Shown: positions 61,089-64,000 of the stretch, piece after piece
How positions within the stretch are numbered: the first letter of the stretch is position 1
Layout: the number at the start of each line of letters is the position of its first letter
Assembly: GCA_964016885.1 (NCBI GenBank)
Contig: OZ024742.1
Coordinates: 375,038,001 to 375,102,000 of the forward strand
Length of the DNA stretch: 64,000 nt
Origin: Eledone cirrhosa
Taxonomy: Eukaryota
Direction of reading: 5' to 3'
Translations under genes and position numbers: made by a program
Notes under the pieces: model-generated
Database searches by the model: none
Seen by the model: the letters and a program-made list of their open reading frames with translations, nothing else
What the model was told of the DNA's origin: nothing

Positions 61089-63828
61089 ATCATCATCATC
61101 ATCATCAACGTTTAACGTCCGTGTTCCACGCTTGCATGGGTTTGGACGGGGGTAGTCCCACTTGAGGCAAGAGTGATTGTCTTGCTCGCATAGAACTGTC
61201 TGGCAGGTTTTCTACAGTTGGATGCCCTTCCTAACACCAACCACATTTACAGTGTGGGTCTGGGAGGTTTTTACCGTGTTGCCTACACGGCCACATTACA
61301 GCGTGGACTGTGTGTTTTTTTGTCGTGACACCTACACGATCTCATTTGTTTCGGCCTGGATGGCGCGGCACCAACATAACTTTACATAGAACGGGGTGGT
61401 GGCGGGACGGGGTGTATTTTGTTAGAGATGCCTACTGGCAAGGCGGGCCTTCTCTGTTACTGAGTACCGCCAAAGGTCTCGGTCCAGTGACATTGTCTTG
61501 GAGAGGTGTAAGTGTGTGAGGTCGGAGTTTATCAGCTCATCCCAGGTTTTTCTAGGTCTGCCTATTCCGTGGCTACCGTCTATCTTTATTGCCCTGCACT
61601 TTGTTATACAGCTATCGACTTTCATGCGCATCACGTGTCCATACCAACGCAGCCTTCTCTCGAGTAAACAACATCTGATCCCTCTTATCTCTAATTTTTT
61701 CCTTAGTTCGTTTATGCTTTGCCGTTCACGTATATTACTGTTACACATCCAGCGGAGCATGCAAGCTTCGTTTCTCTTTAGTCTGCGTATATCCTCTGCA
61801 CACAATGCCCAGGTCTCACTGCCATGCAACATTGCTGTTCGTATGCAGGCATCGTACAACCTGCCTTTCATTTTTAGGGAGAACCCTTTAGCAGCTAATA
61901 GTGGTATAAGCTCTCTGAACTTTTTCCAACCAGTTCTGACTCTAGCTACAGTACTTTCAGAGCACCCTCCCCCACTGCTGATTTTATCGCCCAGGTAACG
62001 GAAGCTGTCCACTATTTCTATAGAACCCTCTGCGCAATTGAAAGAGCTAGTATTTTGTGGGTACTTGCTGCTACTTATTGCACCAGAACACCGGCCACAT
62101 GTAAAATCTATGTTCTTAGTTAGCTTACCTGTGATCCCACTACATCTTTTATGCACCCATACTTTGCATTTAGGACATAAAATGGAGTTTCTACCTACGC
62201 CTTTCCTACACACCGAGCACGACCATTTCCCAGAAGGGACCGCCGCCTTGTTTTCTTTCCTACAAACTAGAACTTTGGTCTTAGCCAGGTTAATTTTAAG
62301 TCCTTTTGACTCTAGGCCGTGCTTCCATGTTTGGAATTTCTTCTCTAGCTCGGCCATTGATTCCGCTATGAGTGTCAGGTCGTCTGCGTATAGGAGTTCC
62401 CATGGGCAGCCTGTCTTGAACTCCTCTGTTATAGCCTGAAGGGCAATAATAAATAGTAGGGGGCTGAGAACAGAGCCCTGATGGACGCCAACTTTTACGC
62501 TAAACTCTTCACTATATTCGTTGTTAATTCTAACCTTGCTGACTGTTTCTTTATACATGGCTTGTATAGCCCTCACAAGCCATTCGTCAACGCCTAGTTT
62601 TCTAAGAGCCCACCAGATAATGGAGCGGGGGACTCTGTCGAAGGCTTTCTCCAAGTCGACAAAAGCTAAGTAGAGGGGTTTACCTTTAGCTAGGTACTTC
62701 TCCTGTAGTTGTCGTACTATGAAAAGAGCGTCTGTGGTGCTTTTGCCTGACACAAACCCGAACTGCATTTCATCTAGGTCAATTCGCTCTCTGATTAGTT
62801 GCGCTATTACTTTTTCCGTGACCTTCATGACCTGGTCGATTAATTTAATGCCTCTATAGTTACTCCTATCTAGGGCATCTCCTTTACCCTTATAACAGTT
62901 AACGATGATGCTGCTATGCCAGTCCTTCGGAACAACCCCATTCTGTACGACTTGGTTAACTATGCGGGTGACCATGGTGTGTCCCACCGTGCCAGATGCC
63001 TTCAGCATCTCAGCAACTATTTCCGAAGGCCCAGCCGCCTTACCCGTCTTCATATCCTTGATCGCCTTACTTATTATACTACCTTCAACTAACACTGCTG
63101 GTCCCTCTATTGGGTCGATATGGGGGAGACTGTCTTTCTCCCATTTATTCTCCTCATTTAGTAGCCTTTCATAGTGACACTTCCAAGCTACCTTCTTATC
63201 AGTGTCGGTGATGGCAAGTATGCCATCATCGTTAAGTACACACTTCTCCCCGACAATATCACGGTTTTCCTTGACGCATTGCCTAGCAATCCTGAACACC
63301 TCACGTTTTTGGTCCTCGCGTTGTAGAACATGCTTGAACTTTCTTTCCTCAGCTTCCCTTCTTGCTAAGTACACTTCTCTCCTAGCTTCCCTCCTGGCCA
63401 CTTGATAGTCTACTCTACTTCCCCCATCCCGCCATACTTTCCAAGCCTGCTTTTTGGCCTTAATTGACCCCTCCACCTTACTGTTCCACCACCATGTTAC
63501 TCTCCTCCTGCCTACAGGCCTGCTACAGCCACAGACTTCGTCTGTCGCCAACAGCAGGTTTGCTTTCAGAAATTCCCACTGTCCCTCTATATTGTCCGAT
63601 TCTAGATGCTCTTCCTTACTGTCGAAAGCATCAAGTAATATGCTTTGAAATTTATTTCTGGCTGTGGGGTCCTTTAGTTTCCATATTTTCCTCCTGAGGA
63701 TAGTCCTCTTCTGCTGTTGAGTACGTCTCGTCCTGACTATGAGGTCGCTAATTATCAGTCTATGTTGGGAGGTGCATTCTTCATGGGGGAGGGATTTAGT
63801 GTTTACAACAGACACTCTGTCACGTCTT
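61089..63828 (-). mobile_element. 5'-truncated RTE-B LINE with an open RT frame (61422-63815, 797 aa)
   Basis: Uninterrupted RT with YADD and PHD-like insert; (TGA)n tail; (TA)n on both sides. Confidence 0.97.
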
Positions 63829-63853
63829 CATACATATACATATACATATATAT

Positions 63854-63982
<129 letters not shown>

Positions 63983-64000
63983 TAGATATATATATATATA

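Overview
Eukaryotic, repeat-saturated DNA with no confidently callable host gene. The SINE, RTE and (TA)n content resembles coleoid cephalopod (Octopus-like) DNA; this is an inference, not a database match. Bases 1-4255 are a 38-bp G-rich minisatellite, about 4.3-25 kb is mostly decayed LINE/SINE/Penelope debris, and about 25-64 kb is a nest of young retroelements embedded in long (TA)n arrays. These include two RTE LINE subfamilies with a PHD-like finger inside the RT, two CR1-group LINEs, two Penelope-like elements (RT + GIY-YIG) and small non-coding elements. Reading the non-coding DNA by eye gave 17 hammerhead ribozyme (HHR) motifs. Fourteen are type I, in Penelope pLTRs and remnants and in a 466-468-bp retrozyme family with an snRNA-like promoter signature. 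The top finding is the other three (12205-12306, 33251-33352, 33976-34077): the complete HHR catalytic core in a non-circularly permuted, pseudoknotted strand order, with a kink-turn in helix III and compensatory base changes between diverged copies. Two of these bound a 725-nt retrozyme-like monomer. All structures are manual predictions, element boundaries are approximate, and ORFs made of IYIY repeats are microsatellite artefacts.
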